Below, in pieces: positions 62,669 to 64,000 of a DNA stretch of 64,000 bases. How positions within the stretch are numbered: the stretch's first letter is position 1; each line of letters opens with the position of its first letter. The DNA is from Iphione sp. A-MEVVRFRX5 (Eukaryota). The DNA lies in assembly GCA_976226885.1 (NCBI GenBank), contig OZ320319.1, positions 38,130,001 through 38,194,000 on the forward strand. Direction: 5' to 3'. Made by a program: the position numbers and the translations under genes. Below the pieces are notes generated by a model. It was not told where the DNA came from, did not search any database, and saw nothing but the letters and a program-made list of their open reading frames with translations.

Positions 62669-64000
62669 CCTTTCTCCTGCGAGCCCACAGCTCACTGGCT
62701 TTCGGCTGGCGCACAGTAGGACCGGCATTTTTGGGGCATCCTCTATGGTGTTGATGACAAGAGTGGCCCAACGACTTGTCATGTGCGGAATCTGGAGATG
62801 TGACGTCATCATCGTCATCTTCGTTGATGGACAGGAGACGCTCATTACCGAATGGAGACGCCCTCGCCCGACGCCTACCACTGGTTGACTGTCGAGTTAC
62901 CTTGGGTTCCACGGCCCTGCCACTGCTTGCGGACCGCAGTTTTCTCTCAATGCCCTTTTGGAGTGCCTGCACATCGTCGTCGTCATCGTCTGTAACGTCA
63001 TCCGTGACGTCAGATTCGTCACTGTCATTCAGATCGCCGCCCTTGAAACACGAGTGGTTGTGTCGGCGGGAAGGATGAGTTGTTCTCTTGTCGGAATCAT
63101 TTCCTCGGGTGGCTCTGCTTACGTCTGAAGAACTTAAACGCTCCCTGAGCGGTTCTCTTAGCTCGATATCGTGAATTTCTGGGGAATGTTTGGGGTCTGT
63201 ATTTGTTCTATGCTCATCGGGTGCAATTGTCGATTTTCTAAAATTTGATTGGGGAGCTAAGCTGATGGACCCCTTTCCCTTTGGAGCAGGGGAGACGGCC
63301 GCTGTCTTTTTGCAATTGACAATGTCAATGAGAGAGACAGTGACAGTCACAATGGACGTCGAATCGTAGCTGTCATCTGATGTTTCGTCCTCACGGGTTC
63401 CCCCGGGCTCCGAGCTGTGGGGCCCTGGCTCCTGAGGCGTGGTTGGGTCATCCACTTTTGAGTCCTTCAATGCCACCAGTTTGCTCTCTTTTAGTAGATC
63501 CCCAGTAACCTGCTCAGAGTCGGGCGACCTCAGCTGAGCAGAGAGCATACTTGGTAACATACCGTGCTGCTGCTGGTCTTCCTCCTCTTTGGCTGGTTGG
63601 GTATGGACCACCTGCATGCTGTCGGCGACATAGACGTCTTCTACATGACCAGCCGTCTCCATGGTAACGCTTCTGGGAGATTCCTGTTGGTTATCGGTCT
63701 CTGCGACCGACTTATCCCCATCGGGACGCACCTGGCGATCGCTGTCGCTTGTTCGGGCATCTTCACTTTGGTAGTCTGTGTGTTCCGCAAACTCGGTCTC
63801 GTCAGGCAGCGGCCGGGCATATATTGGCTGGCGGCAGAGAGCGGCGCTTTCTGGCAGAGGCCCTTCGGCAAGAGCACTGTTTGCCATGTCCTCCTGGTCA
63901 ACAAAGACTTGGAAGACCGGAGGCTTTTCTATCATCCTATCTTTTCTGTTTGGGTCACAAACAGGCTGCGTTTCATTGGCCACCGGCGGGGGCGCCGCGA
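62669..64000 (-). CDS. PDE1: Large acidic, Ser/Asp-rich exon open to the window edge; probable long N-terminal exon of PDE1
   Basis: Over 440 open codons. The track's start at 63983 is GTG and the frame stays open to 64000. Donor AAG G|gtagga is phase 1, matching acceptor 45151 (G|GC = Gly). Linkage to PDE1 is inferred from phase and strand only. Confidence 0.7.
63655..63668. promoter_or_regulatory. RFX X-box motif inside the acidic exon (encodes V-T-M-E-T)
   Basis: GTCTCCATGGTAAC, exact consensus fit; the central ATG (63662) is in frame with the exon. Confidence 0.45.

Larger units (their letters stand above)
1..64000 (-). other. PDE1: Partial PDE1-family gene (5' regulatory half; both ends extend beyond the window)
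   Basis: Frame-compatible GT-AG exons from 62669+ down to 2597 encode the PDE1 N-terminal region (NLEYAASVLETVYIDETRRL..DEL, VPSEVRDWLA.TFTR, KPKFRSV..A..AG). Recognised from memory of mammalian PDE1A/1C; no search was run. Confidence 0.93.

Noticed and set aside
34922-63012. Three perfect CRE palindromes TGACGTCA (34922, 62801, 63005) as cAMP feedback sites
   Set aside because: About one is expected by chance in 64 kb, and two simply encode D-V-T in the acidic exon.
62776-63904. Overlapping ORFs 62776..63078 (+) and 63641..63904 (-)
   Set aside because: Antisense or alternate-frame shadows of the acidic coding exon.

Overview
AT-rich (about 40% GC by eye) eukaryotic genomic DNA from an animal. 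An amphioxus-like invertebrate is inferred from the repeat types and exon sequences. No prokaryotic features are present, and nearly all ORFs in the supplied track are chance or antisense ORFs. The whole window appears to lie inside one minus-strand gene, a Ca2+/calmodulin-dependent cyclic nucleotide phosphodiesterase (PDE1 family). Four frame-compatible GT-AG exons are well supported: 45151-44974, 39462-39349, 7072-6890 and 2663-2597. They join to ...TEKLPPIDTPEASHVSSLR|LRLIIKKLQKDEISKEDLVKNLEYAASVLETVYIDETR|RLCDEEDELSEVEPDAVPSEVRDWLALTFTRSMSNIKRRGDDKPKFRSVANAIRAGIMVDK|IYRRMSSTVGLHVPANVLLHLK|. A large acidic upstream exon (>64000-62669) and a symmetric 135-nt cassette exon (37602-37468) are probable. 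The catalytic exons lie beyond position 1. The introns hold MITEs (one pogo/Tigger-like, three Harbinger-like relatives), a tRNA-derived SINE, short tandem arrays, microsatellites and one assembly gap. The most interesting pattern is four near-consensus RFX X-boxes, each with a minus-strand ATG at its centre (63662, 57990, 21909, 5364). Each ATG reads in frame to a donor whose phase fits a downstream PDE1 exon, and two of the mini-exons share sequence (MVTDR| and MVTERPTDR|). This suggests a ladder of RFX-linked (ciliary/flagellar) PDE1 isoforms with stepwise loss of the calmodulin-regulatory region. All alternative-exon calls come from sequence alone and need transcript evidence.
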